A DNA stretch of 38,324 nucleotides from contig JBKBOT010000005.1 in assembly GCA_046293555.1 (NCBI GenBank), forward strand, positions 38,894-77,217. The letters are read 5' to 3'. Position numbers and translations under genes: made by a program. This DNA comes from Pyrobaculum sp. (GTDB lineage: Archaea; Thermoproteota; Thermoprotei; Thermoproteales; Thermoproteaceae). Below are positions 15,786 through 23,784 of this stretch, piece by piece. The notes under the pieces are model-generated. The model had not been told where the DNA came from. It ran no database searches and worked only from the letters and a program-made list of their open reading frames with translations. The first letter of the stretch is position 1; the number at the start of each line of letters is the position of its first letter.

Positions 15786-18248
15786 ATGAGGTATCTAGTG
15801 GGGAGAGACTTCACCTTTCCTGACTACCTGCCTAGATATGCCAGAGCTTTTGAATTCGACGTATTGTCCATGAGGCTTGATGTCGAGATAGATCTAGAGA
15901 GGCAGCTGGTAGAGGGCACTGTGAGGTATAGGATACGCCTAAAGAAAGACGGCGCCAAGGTGGAGCTAGACGCGGTAGAAATGGACATCTTAGAGGTGAG
16001 CCAGGATTATTACTACGACGGACAGAAGCTAGAAGTTAGGCCCCAGTGGAAAGGCGAGGGGGAGGTGGCGATAAGATATAGAGCCCGCCCCCGCAGCGGG
16101 ATGTATTTCATAAAGCCGAATGCGGCTAGGCGGAGTTATTTCGTCTGGACGCAGGGAGAGAGCGAATATAACAGGTACTGGGTGCCGCTTCCAGATTCGC
16201 CAAACATAAAGTTCCCCTGGACTGTAGCCGTGACTGTGCCCAAGCCTTATGTCGCAGGCAGCAACGGCGTGTTGGTTGAGGTGAGGGATGGGGGAGACAG
16301 ACAGACCTTCGTGTGGGAAATGAGACACCCCATGTCGCCCTACCTTTTGGCCATAGCGGTGGGCGACTATAGGGTAGAGAGGGAGGAGTGTGGCGGCGTG
16401 GTTTTAGAGTACTACATCCCGAGGTATGTGGGAGAGGAGTGGAGACATTCTTTCTACAACACCTGTAGAATCATGAAGTTTTTCTCAGAATACCTAGTCC
16501 CCTACCCCTACGGGCGGTATGCCCAAGTGGTGGTGCCCGAGTTCATATATGGCGGCATGGAGAACACCACTTTCACCATCTTGACGGACTGGACTATTCA
16601 CGACAAACACGCCCACTGCCCCTACTCGGGCTTCCCCTGTCCGGAGCTAGAGGACTTCTCCTCAGACCCCCTGGTGGCCCACGAGATGGCCCACATGTGG
16701 TTTGGCGACTTGGTTACAGCTAAAGACTGGGGGCATATCGCCATAAATGAGTCTTTCGCCACCTTTATCGAGGCCCTTTGGACTGAGAGACATCAGGGCA
16801 GAGACGCCTATCTCTACGAGATCTATACAAACTTCAAGACCTACCTCGGCGAGTACTCCAGGCGGTATTCCCGGCCCATAGTGACAAATCTATACAAGAT
16901 CCCAGACGAGGTGTTTGACAGACATGCCTACGAGAAGGGCTCCGTGGTGTTACACACGTTGCGGGAGCTGTTGGGAGAAGGGCCTTTTAGAGAAGGGCTG
17001 AGGTTATTTCTCGAGAGGTATAAATACAGGGCCGTAGATATAGACGACTTAAGAAAAGCCCTGGAGGAAGCCTCTGGACAAGACCTGGAGTGGTTCTGGC
17101 GGCAGTTTTTCTACTCTGCGGGGCACCCGGCGTTAAAGGTGTCTTGGAGCTACTCAGAGGGTGGGCTGAAGATACAGGTTAGACAAAGCCAGGGGGAGGA
17201 CAGCTACCCGCAGTACACACTCCCCCTAGAGATAAAGGTGGTATATGAAGACGGCAGGAAAGAGGTAAGAGAAATACAGCTGGCTGAAAAAGAGGTCACC
17301 CTATATATTCCAGGCGGCAGGCCTAGATATGTCTGTATAGACCCACGGTTTAAGGTCATGAAGGCTTTAGAGCTACAATACCCGCTGGAGTCCGCTGCTG
17401 CCATGTTGGAAGACGACGACATGTATTGTAGAATCCAGGCGGTAGAGGTGTTGAAGAAAAATGGCAGCGCCAAGGCTGTGGAGGCTCTAGGTAAGGCCAT
17501 ACAGGACAGGTTCTGGGGCGTGGCGGCAGAGGCCGCAAGAGCCTTGGGGGAGGTGGGGACCGAGGGGGCTGTGGCCAAGCTAATTGACGCCTACTATAAA
17601 ACGACACATCCCAGAGTGAGGAGGGCTATAGTGGAGGCGTTGGGAAACGCCAGACGTAAAGAGGCGGCGGAGTTTCTAGACATGATACTACACGACGGGG
17701 GGGAGAGCTATTATGTAAGAGCCGAGGCCGCCAGGTCGTTGGGGAAGGTCAGGTGGGAGTTTGCAGAACACAGCCTAAGGAAGGCCTTAGAGTATCAAAG
17801 CCACGTAGATGTAATAAGGAGGGGGGCCATAGAGGGTCTCGCCGAGTTGGGAACAGAGGAGGCACTCAGGACCGTATTACGCCACACGGAGGGCCAACTC
17901 CCCACGCCGGTGAGGGCCACGGCGGTTCAGTCTCTAGCAAAATTCGGGCCAAGAAGGGAGGTGTTGGAAGTCGTCAGGAGGGCTCTACGTGACGACAACT
18001 TTAGGGTTAGATACGCCGCAGTGACGGCGGCGCTGGAGCTGCTTGAGCCCAGGCTTATCCCAGACCTACAGGAGCGGGCAGAGGCAGATCTAGACGGGAG
18101 GATTAGGAGAGTGGCCAGAGAGGTCTTAGAAAAAACCAGGAGGTTTATGGACCGGGGGACGGAATACCAGAAGCTTAGAGAAGAGGTGGAGAAGCTACGG
18201 GATGAGTACAGAAAGCTGCTAGACCGTATGGCCCGGCTGGAGCGTTAG
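15786..18248 (+). CDS. M1 family zinc aminopeptidase with C-terminal HEAT repeats
   Basis: GGMEN, HEMAH-x18-E (NES), YEKG, repeated 'VRxxAAxALG' HEAT units, terminal coiled coil. Confidence 0.92.
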   Translation: MRYLVGRDFTFPDYLPRYARAFEFDVLSMRLDVEIDLERQLVEGTVRYRIRLKKDGAKVELDAVEMDILEVSQDYYYDGQKLEVRPQWKGEGEVAIRYRARPRSGMYFIKPNAARRSYFVWTQGESEYNRYWVPLPDSPNIKFPWTVAVTVPKPYVAGSNGVLVEVRDGGDRQTFVWEMRHPMSPYLLAIAVGDYRVEREECGGVVLEYYIPRYVGEEWRHSFYNTCRIMKFFSEYLVPYPYGRYAQVVVPEFIYGGMENTTFTILTDWTIHDKHAHCPYSGFPCPELEDFSSDPLVAHEMAHMWFGDLVTAKDWGHIAINESFATFIEALWTERHQGRDAYLYEIYTNFKTYLGEYSRRYSRPIVTNLYKIPDEVFDRHAYEKGSVVLHTLRELLGEGPFREGLRLFLERYKYRAVDIDDLRKALEEASGQDLEWFWRQFFYSAGHPALKVSWSYSEGGLKIQVRQSQGEDSYPQYTLPLEIKVVYEDGRKEVREIQLAEKEVTLYIPGGRPRYVCIDPRFKVMKALELQYPLESAAAMLEDDDMYCRIQAVEVLKKNGSAKAVEALGKAIQDRFWGVAAEAARALGEVGTEGAVAKLIDAYYKTTHPRVRRAIVEALGNARRKEAAEFLDMILHDGGESYYVRAEAARSLGKVRWEFAEHSLRKALEYQSHVDVIRRGAIEGLAELGTEEALRTVLRHTEGQLPTPVRATAVQSLAKFGPRREVLEVVRRALRDDNFRVRYAAVTAALELLEPRLIPDLQERAEADLDGRIRRVAREVLEKTRRFMDRGTEYQKLREEVEKLRDEYRKLLDRMARLER

Positions 18249-18859
18249 GATCCGAGCGTAATGGCGGTGTAGGCCGCAAAGCCTGTTGCCAATATGGCGA
18301 GATACGGCACGCCGTATGCCGCCTTTATCCACTCCCCCTCTATCTTTACAGCCCTCGGGTCGTACCTCTCTAGGTCGCCTGGATTGTTGCGAAACGGTAT
18401 GCAGAAAGAGGCAGCCTTATGTATGTACTTTATGTCTGAATAGAACTCCCCTCTGGAGACGCAGAGGTGTGTAAATCTCTCCGATAGAGACATCTCGCAC
18501 GGCCTCCCCCTGTTTTTTAGATATAGCCACGTCATAACTGCCGGCAGTAGCGCCGAGCCGGCCATAATGGCCACAAAGGCCGTGGGGAATATATAAATGG
18601 GCGGCGCCGTGCTTATTACGGCCATGGCTATAGAGTCCGCATAGCCTGCACAAAGTATGCGCATAAGGAGAGCTACCCCCAGTCCCGCCAGGAGGGAGAG
18701 AAGATACAGGGGGTCCCCCCAGTTGAGATAAAGAAGCACGGCGGCTGGCAGCGTCATGGCTACAAAAAGCCGTACGTCTATTTCTCTCGTCTTGACGTCT
18801 TGCCACGCCGCGGCTGAGAGAAGGGCGGCAATCGCCAGTACTGCCGCCTCTTGGATCAT
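18245..18859 (-). CDS. A24 prepilin/class III signal peptidase-like protein
   Basis: First Asp in 'QDVKTREI', GxGD-type 'GYAD', C-terminal 'YGVPYL', multi-TM. Confidence 0.75.
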   Translation of the reverse strand: MIQEAAVLAIAALLSAAAWQDVKTREIDVRLFVAMTLPAAVLLYLNWGDPLYLLSLLAGLGVALLMRILCAGYADSIAMAVISTAPPIYIFPTAFVAIMAGSALLPAVMTWLYLKNRGRPCEMSLSERFTHLCVSRGEFYSDIKYIHKAASFCIPFRNNPGDLERYDPRAVKIEGEWIKAAYGVPYLAILATGFAAYTAITLGS

Positions 18860-19755
18860 CTCTGTAGCCTCTCCTTAATTCTGTCAATACGTGGGGTGGC
18901 CAGGGGGTTTTCCCCCCGAATTTCTGCCAGCCTTATGGAGGCTATCCCCACCTCTCTTAAAAACGTGAGGATGCCTGTAGGTGTCATCTCCACCACGTAC
19001 TGAGAGCCGCCTAGAATCTCCATGGTGGCTTTTACCCTCTCCTGGTGTTCTGGCGGTATGTGGGGGCTTGTCAACGCCACTATCGGCCTTTCGGAGCCTT
19101 CAATCCAGTTGTGATGCGCCTCGGGTAGTATCTCCACAGAGGGCTCGATCTTGCTGTTTTCATTAAACTCGTTTTTTACACGGTAGGCAACTCCCCTCAT
19201 GCTTTCGGGAGCCGCCACCGTGGGCCGTTTTTGAAAGTCTTCTACCAGGCGGGCCACCAGCGCGTGGTCTATAGGCTCTAAGCCAGACGTCCTAAACTCT
19301 ACGCCATATATCTCACCTACTACACATAACGCCGCCGTGAATAACTGTGGCAACGCCGCACGGGGGGCGCTTGACTTTGGGACAACTATGGTGGGGACTC
19401 CCATCTGTGCCAACTTGCCCCCCGTAGTTATGGCCACGGTGGGCATTTTCTTCCTCTTGGCGTATTCCACAGTGTGTAAAGTCTCAATAGTGTTGCCAGA
19501 ATAGGATACAGCCAGTAGGAGCCCCTCTCTCGCCCTGAGGAAATAGTCTTTTACCACAACTACCTCCATGTCCCAATTCCACACCAGCGAGAGGTCTCTC
19601 AACAAGTCGCCCACCACGCCGGAGCCCCCCATCCCGCTTACATATAGCCTAGGGCTTGGCGTTATTTCTACCCTCACGCCATCCGCCACGTAGCTCTTTT
19701 GGAAGTCCACTTTCTGTACGAGAAAGCGGTCCCACTGGAGGTAGTCTTCTAGCAC
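18856..19755 (-). CDS. pgi/pmi: Bifunctional phosphoglucose/phosphomannose isomerase
   Basis: SIS domain GMGGSG, SYSGNTIET, TTGG, PRAA, KNEFNENSK, PEAHHN. Confidence 0.95.
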   Translation of the reverse strand: MLEDYLQWDRFLVQKVDFQKSYVADGVRVEITPSPRLYVSGMGGSGVVGDLLRDLSLVWNWDMEVVVVKDYFLRAREGLLLAVSYSGNTIETLHTVEYAKRKKMPTVAITTGGKLAQMGVPTIVVPKSSAPRAALPQLFTAALCVVGEIYGVEFRTSGLEPIDHALVARLVEDFQKRPTVAAPESMRGVAYRVKNEFNENSKIEPSVEILPEAHHNWIEGSERPIVALTSPHIPPEHQERVKATMEILGGSQYVVEMTPTGILTFLREVGIASIRLAEIRGENPLATPRIDRIKERLQR

Positions 19756-19774
19756 TCCCCTAGGGGCGTGACGA

Positions 19775-19782
19775 TATATAAA
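19775..19782. promoter_or_regulatory. Shared TATA element between divergent pgi/pmi and helicase genes
   Basis: TATATAAA lies 19 nt from the GTG at 19755 (-) and 18 nt from the GTG at 19801 (+). Confidence 0.5.
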
Positions 19783-19800
19783 CTTTAGCTATAGACACAT

Positions 19801-21663
19801 GTGCCCCGTTTTTCTGTAGTAATCAACGGCGTGGAGGTAACACGTGTGTGGGAGTGGGATAGAGTGGTAGAGACAAAAGAACGGCTAAAAAGACTTGGAT
19901 TTAGGTGGAATGGCGTCAGTTGGGTAATTGTCACAAAAAGTCTCGACGTGGTAAACAAGGCGAGACAGTTGTTAGAATTAAGTAGGGAGGAATACATAAA
20001 GGTCCTCTCTACGTTAGGCATAGTTGCCACATCTAGCGAGCCGCCAGAAGAACTCAAAAATAGCGTCTTGGAGGCTCTAGGCAATGTCTACCTGTTGTCG
20101 CCAGTCAAGTTCTTAAAAGAGTTCGTGGCTAGAGACAAGGCTGTGTCTCAAGTGGAGAGCTTTGAGGAGTTTGTAGAGCTAGGTGTAAAAAAGCTTAGAG
20201 AGACACTAGCCGGCACGGCGTTGGGGGACCTAGAAAGAGCGCTTCAAGAGGCTAAAGCGGCTGTAGTCACATCTAGAGAGCTTAGAGAGCTTTTCGAAAA
20301 GAGGAGGGCGTGGAGAGCCGCCGTGGTGGGGCCTAACTATGCCAAGTTGAACTTCCTAGCCGCTGGGCTTTTGAGAAGACTCGCCGAATTTAGGATGAGA
20401 TACAACGTGGTAAATAGGGAGGGGGAGCTAGAGGCTAGAGACATAAGGTTGGTACAGGTGGTAGATAGAGAGGTGAAATTTCCCGCCTTCCTCAAGCCGC
20501 AAGTCGTCAAGGTGTTGAGAGAATTTGGCTACGTGCCTCAGCTGGCTGAGGTGGAGTACCCACGGGTGGCTTACAACAAGTCCTTCACCCTATACCCATT
20601 CCAGGTGGAGGCTGTGGAGGGCTGGCTTTCTCACGGCATGAGGGGGACAGTGATCATACCCACTGGGGGTGGGAAGACCTTCATCGGGATGGAGGCCATG
20701 CACAGAGCCGGCGTCTCCGCCTTGGTGTTAGTAACCACAAGGGAGCTGGCTGGGCAGTGGGTGAGCCGTCTGAGGAGATATCTGGGCGTCTCCCCCGGCC
20801 TGTTGGGCGGCGGCGAGAAAGATATACGTGATGTCACTGTGGCTATTTACAACTCCGCCGTAAAGTACATAGACAGTCTTCTCAACAGGTTCGGGCTCGT
20901 CATTTTCGACGAGGCCCACCACGTCCCTGCGGAGACCTTCAAGGAGGTGGCCCTCAGGATAGACTCGCCCTACAGGCTTGCGCTATCCGCCACGCCGGAG
21001 AGAGAGGATGAAAACGAGCATCTGATCTACGAGGCGGTGGGGCCCCCTGTCTACAGGGTGACGTATAGGGCCATGGTGGACGCGGGGCTCGTGGTGCCTG
21101 TAGAGCACTATAGGATATACGTCGACTTGACGGAGGTGGAGGCGGCTGCCTACAGCTCTCTGCCGGAAGATAACGCCATATTGTTGCGAAACGCCGCAGC
21201 TAAGGCGGTTAACAAAATCCCCACAGCTGTCCGCATCGTGGCGAGGGAGGTGGAGGCGGGCTCCAAGGTGCTGATCTTCACCCAGTTTATAGACCAGGCG
21301 GAAGAAATACACAAGAGGCTGAAGGAGGCCGGCATTGCGGCAGAGCTGATAACCTCTGAGGAGGGGGGCCGTGAGGCGGCATTTAGACGCTTCAGCTCCG
21401 GCGTGAGCAGAGCGGTTGTAACCACCACGGTGCTGGACGAGGGGGTGGATGTGCCCGACGCCGACGTGGCTGTTGTGGTAAGCGGCACTGGCTCAAAGAG
21501 GCAGATGATCCAAAGGGTGGGGAGGGTGGTGAGGGCGTCGCCGGGGAAGAGGGTGGCAAAAATCTACGAGATTGTAGCCAGGAGGACTATAGAGGAGGCG
21601 TTGTCTGAGGCTAGGCATTTTTCTGACGTCATAGAGGAGGTAGTCTGTAAGAAGTTTAGCTAG
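19801..21663 (+). CDS. SF2 helicase, XPB/Rad25(Ssl2)-like, with long N-terminal extension
   Basis: LYPFQ Q-motif, PTGGGKT, DEAHH, LSATP, DEGVDVPD, QRVGRVVR. Confidence 0.88.
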   Translation: MPRFSVVINGVEVTRVWEWDRVVETKERLKRLGFRWNGVSWVIVTKSLDVVNKARQLLELSREEYIKVLSTLGIVATSSEPPEELKNSVLEALGNVYLLSPVKFLKEFVARDKAVSQVESFEEFVELGVKKLRETLAGTALGDLERALQEAKAAVVTSRELRELFEKRRAWRAAVVGPNYAKLNFLAAGLLRRLAEFRMRYNVVNREGELEARDIRLVQVVDREVKFPAFLKPQVVKVLREFGYVPQLAEVEYPRVAYNKSFTLYPFQVEAVEGWLSHGMRGTVIIPTGGGKTFIGMEAMHRAGVSALVLVTTRELAGQWVSRLRRYLGVSPGLLGGGEKDIRDVTVAIYNSAVKYIDSLLNRFGLVIFDEAHHVPAETFKEVALRIDSPYRLALSATPEREDENEHLIYEAVGPPVYRVTYRAMVDAGLVVPVEHYRIYVDLTEVEAAAYSSLPEDNAILLRNAAAKAVNKIPTAVRIVAREVEAGSKVLIFTQFIDQAEEIHKRLKEAGIAAELITSEEGGREAAFRRFSSGVSRAVVTTTVLDEGVDVPDADVAVVVSGTGSKRQMIQRVGRVVRASPGKRVAKIYEIVARRTIEEALSEARHFSDVIEEVVCKKFS

Positions 21664-22225
21664 TTTGATATGTTTCGTACTTTCTTGCCAATTCTGGCGA
21701 GTCTTTCCCTTCTGGCATAAGTATTATAAACTCCACGTTGCCTTCTGCGTAGCGGTATAACTTCCAGTATCTAAACCTCAGCTCTCTAGACAGATAGATC
21801 ATTGCCAGTTTTCTCTCGCCGAAGGCGTGTCTCAACTTGCAGTCACATCCATCTATGGGCTGGTCTGTCAAGATGGTGTAGTCGTCGTGACATCGACAGT
21901 GCCAGTACTCCCTATTTTTTACATGGACAAAGATAAAACTATCTATCCTATTGTCTACCTTTCTATATATCGGCTCGATTACGCCCTCTATGTATAATAC
22001 GGACTCTGTGGTGAAATGTAGCGGCGCTGCCGCCATATATCCAGAGGCGCGGCGCCAGTAATATTTCCTGTTTTTCTTCACGGGCTCTACATGCCCTTTG
22101 AAGTACAGCTTGTTTAACTCTCTAAGTACCTTATGTCTGGGTAGTTTAAGCATGTCGGCTATCTCCGTGGTGCTTAACTCCCCCCTCTCTTCCAGTAGCC
22201 TCAATATGGCACTACTCACGTCCAT
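21656..22225 (-). CDS. Winged-helix domain protein
   Basis: 'ILRLLEERGELSTTEIADMLKLPRHKVLRELNKLYFKGHV' wHTH. ATG 22225 removes the overlap with the opposite gene and has a TATA 19 nt upstream. Confidence 0.78.
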   Translation of the reverse strand: MDVSSAILRLLEERGELSTTEIADMLKLPRHKVLRELNKLYFKGHVEPVKKNRKYYWRRASGYMAAAPLHFTTESVLYIEGVIEPIYRKVDNRIDSFIFVHVKNREYWHCRCHDDYTILTDQPIDGCDCKLRHAFGERKLAMIYLSRELRFRYWKLYRYAEGNVEFIILMPEGKDSPELARKYETYQTS

Positions 22226-22259
22226 ATTGCCATTGGATTGTATACATATAAACTTTTCG

Positions 22260-22976
22260 ATGAGTATTACCACTGTGGTATCTACAGGTCTATTAAGTTG
22301 TGGATTTTCGAAATACGTGGCTGTGGTCCAGAGGTCGATCACGTTTCCGCCAATCAAAATCGTGAGGATAGACGAGTATATTACATACGTGGCAAAAAAC
22401 AGGGCCACGGTTGTGGAGCTAAAAGAAAAGATAGATATAGGAAGGGGGAGGGGGGATATAACTAGGTTTCTAGAGAGGATAGGGGTGGTGGAGGCGAGAA
22501 ATTATGTAACTCTTACAGAACTAGGCAGGGAGCTAGTCTCGACGAGAGAGGCCATAGGCAACGCCGTCTACCACGCCCTGTTTTACCAGAGGGTGCCTCA
22601 GTATAGATTATTGATGGAGGCAGCTAGAAGGGGGGCCGCCACGCAGGATCAACTCCACCAAGCAGTAAACCGCAGGTTGTCAGAACTATCCCCCACCGCA
22701 TGGCTAAACAAGGTGGCGTTTAAGACCCTCCTACAGATGGCAGAAGACCTAGAGGCTGTAGGGAAGAGAGATGGGAGATATATCTATTTAAACGACCCAG
22801 TGGAGAGAGCCGTGGAGAGACATTACGCCGCCCATGGGGTTAAAATAGGCGACAGTTTTTACGCCACATTTGACAAAATCCTCGTTTTAGACTGTGGAAG
22901 ACAGGAGCTGCCCCATGGCCTCTACAAGATCGACGTGGCTTGTACCACATCAAAAATTTACCACAGGTTCCAATGA
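22260..22976 (+). CDS. Hypothetical protein, probable tandem winged-helix folds
   Basis: 'FLERIGVVE...VTLTELGRELV' wHTH wing signature. Start moved to ATG 22260; exact start uncertain. Confidence 0.7.
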   Translation: MSITTVVSTGLLSCGFSKYVAVVQRSITFPPIKIVRIDEYITYVAKNRATVVELKEKIDIGRGRGDITRFLERIGVVEARNYVTLTELGRELVSTREAIGNAVYHALFYQRVPQYRLLMEAARRGAATQDQLHQAVNRRLSELSPTAWLNKVAFKTLLQMAEDLEAVGKRDGRYIYLNDPVERAVERHYAAHGVKIGDSFYATFDKILVLDCGRQELPHGLYKIDVACTTSKIYHRFQ

Positions 22977-23242
22977 GGAAAAGAGAGGAGAAAAGAGGCC
23001 CCACACTTTTTGACTTTATTGAAAAAAAAGAGAGGCCGACGCCTAAAGACTTCTCTGAAGAGCTTGGCGAATATATAAAGGAGGGGGGCAGGGTGACAAA
23101 AGGGGAGGCCGCCAGGTGGGCAAAAGAGAGGGGTATATCTACCGCAGATTTTATAAGAGCGGTAGACAAATTGGTGCGAGAGAAGAGAATAAGGAAAAGG
23201 CTCAGCGAGGACGGCGAGCTTCTCTACGAGTGGGTGGGGTAG
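22973..23242 (+). CDS. Small winged-helix protein with N-terminal TLFDF motif
   Basis: ATGA overlap at 22973-22976. 'FIRAVDKLVREKRIRK...ELLYEW' wHTH-like. Confidence 0.75.
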   Translation: MRKREEKRGPTLFDFIEKKERPTPKDFSEELGEYIKEGGRVTKGEAARWAKERGISTADFIRAVDKLVREKRIRKRLSEDGELLYEWVG

Positions 23243-23466
23243 GTGACGTTATAAGTCTCTACATATATGGAGCCGTTATATGCCACTTTTACACACATGG
23301 CTACAACTAGCTCCCCCCCTGTGTAGTTAAGCCCGCAGTCTCCCCTCTTGGTTGCCTCAAAAATGTATTTTAGCTGGAGTAAAGAGGCCATGTAGCTCTG
23401 TAGGTAGAACATGAGAACTGTCGCCATTAGGAAGAGAGTTATTATAAGTAAAAACTCTAGGTTCAT
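23224..23466 (-). CDS. Small membrane-anchored pilin-like protein (80 aa)
   Basis: MNLEFLLIITLFLM hydrophobic N-terminus, 2 Cys, sequons NYT/NGS/NVT. ATGA-coupled to the upstream ORF. Confidence 0.65.
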   Translation of the reverse strand: MNLEFLLIITLFLMATVLMFYLQSYMASLLQLKYIFEATKRGDCGLNYTGGELVVAMCVKVAYNGSIYVETYNVTYPTHS

Positions 23467-23570
23467 CTAAATACTTGCGAAACTAGTTCTATGTAGTGAA
23501 ATATTATGTTTAGTAGGTAAAGTAATGTTAGAGATATCACGGCCATTATTAGGTGGTAGAGAAATCTCAT
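23463..23570 (-). CDS. Small membrane peptide (35 aa; not in ORF track)
   Basis: Hand translation MRFLYHLIMAVISLTLLYLLNIIFHYIELVSQVFR*. ATGA overlaps at both ends. Confidence 0.6.
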   Translation of the reverse strand: MRFLYHLIMAVISLTLLYLLNIIFHYIELVSQVFR

Positions 23571-23725
23571 GGGGTATAAGAGGCCATGTAGTCCAAGTCG
23601 CGTAACACCCCGTCTACCACCTGTAGAAATTTCTCCATCGGGAAGAAATAGGCGGTTAGGAGTAACAACATCGCGACGGCTACAGAGGCTATGTAGGTAT
23701 ATAGCGACTCTTCGACTATCTTCAT
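23567..23725 (-). CDS. Small membrane protein (52 aa; not in ORF track)
   Basis: Hand translation MKIVEESLYTYIASVAVAMLLLLTAYFFPMEKFLQVVDGVLRDLDYMASYTP*. TTTTATAG 24 nt upstream, ATGA overlap with the next ORF. Confidence 0.6.
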   Translation of the reverse strand: MKIVEESLYTYIASVAVAMLLLLTAYFFPMEKFLQVVDGVLRDLDYMASYTP

Positions 23726-23784
23726 GTCTATACCTCTATTTAAAGACAGCTATAAAACAAAAATACATGAGATTTGTCACCCCC

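Noticed and set aside
17400-18140. Recurring similar sequence in the peptidase 3' half
   Set aside because: Protein-level HEAT repeats.
22098-22408. 311-nt head-to-head overlap of two ORFs
   Set aside because: Artefact of longest-ORF starts. ATGs at 22225 (-) and 22260 (+) flank a TATA-containing spacer.
23569-23784. 72-aa N-terminal extension of IleRS in the ORF track
   Set aside because: Not IleRS-like. The region is better explained by the minus-strand 52-aa ORF and the divergent promoter.
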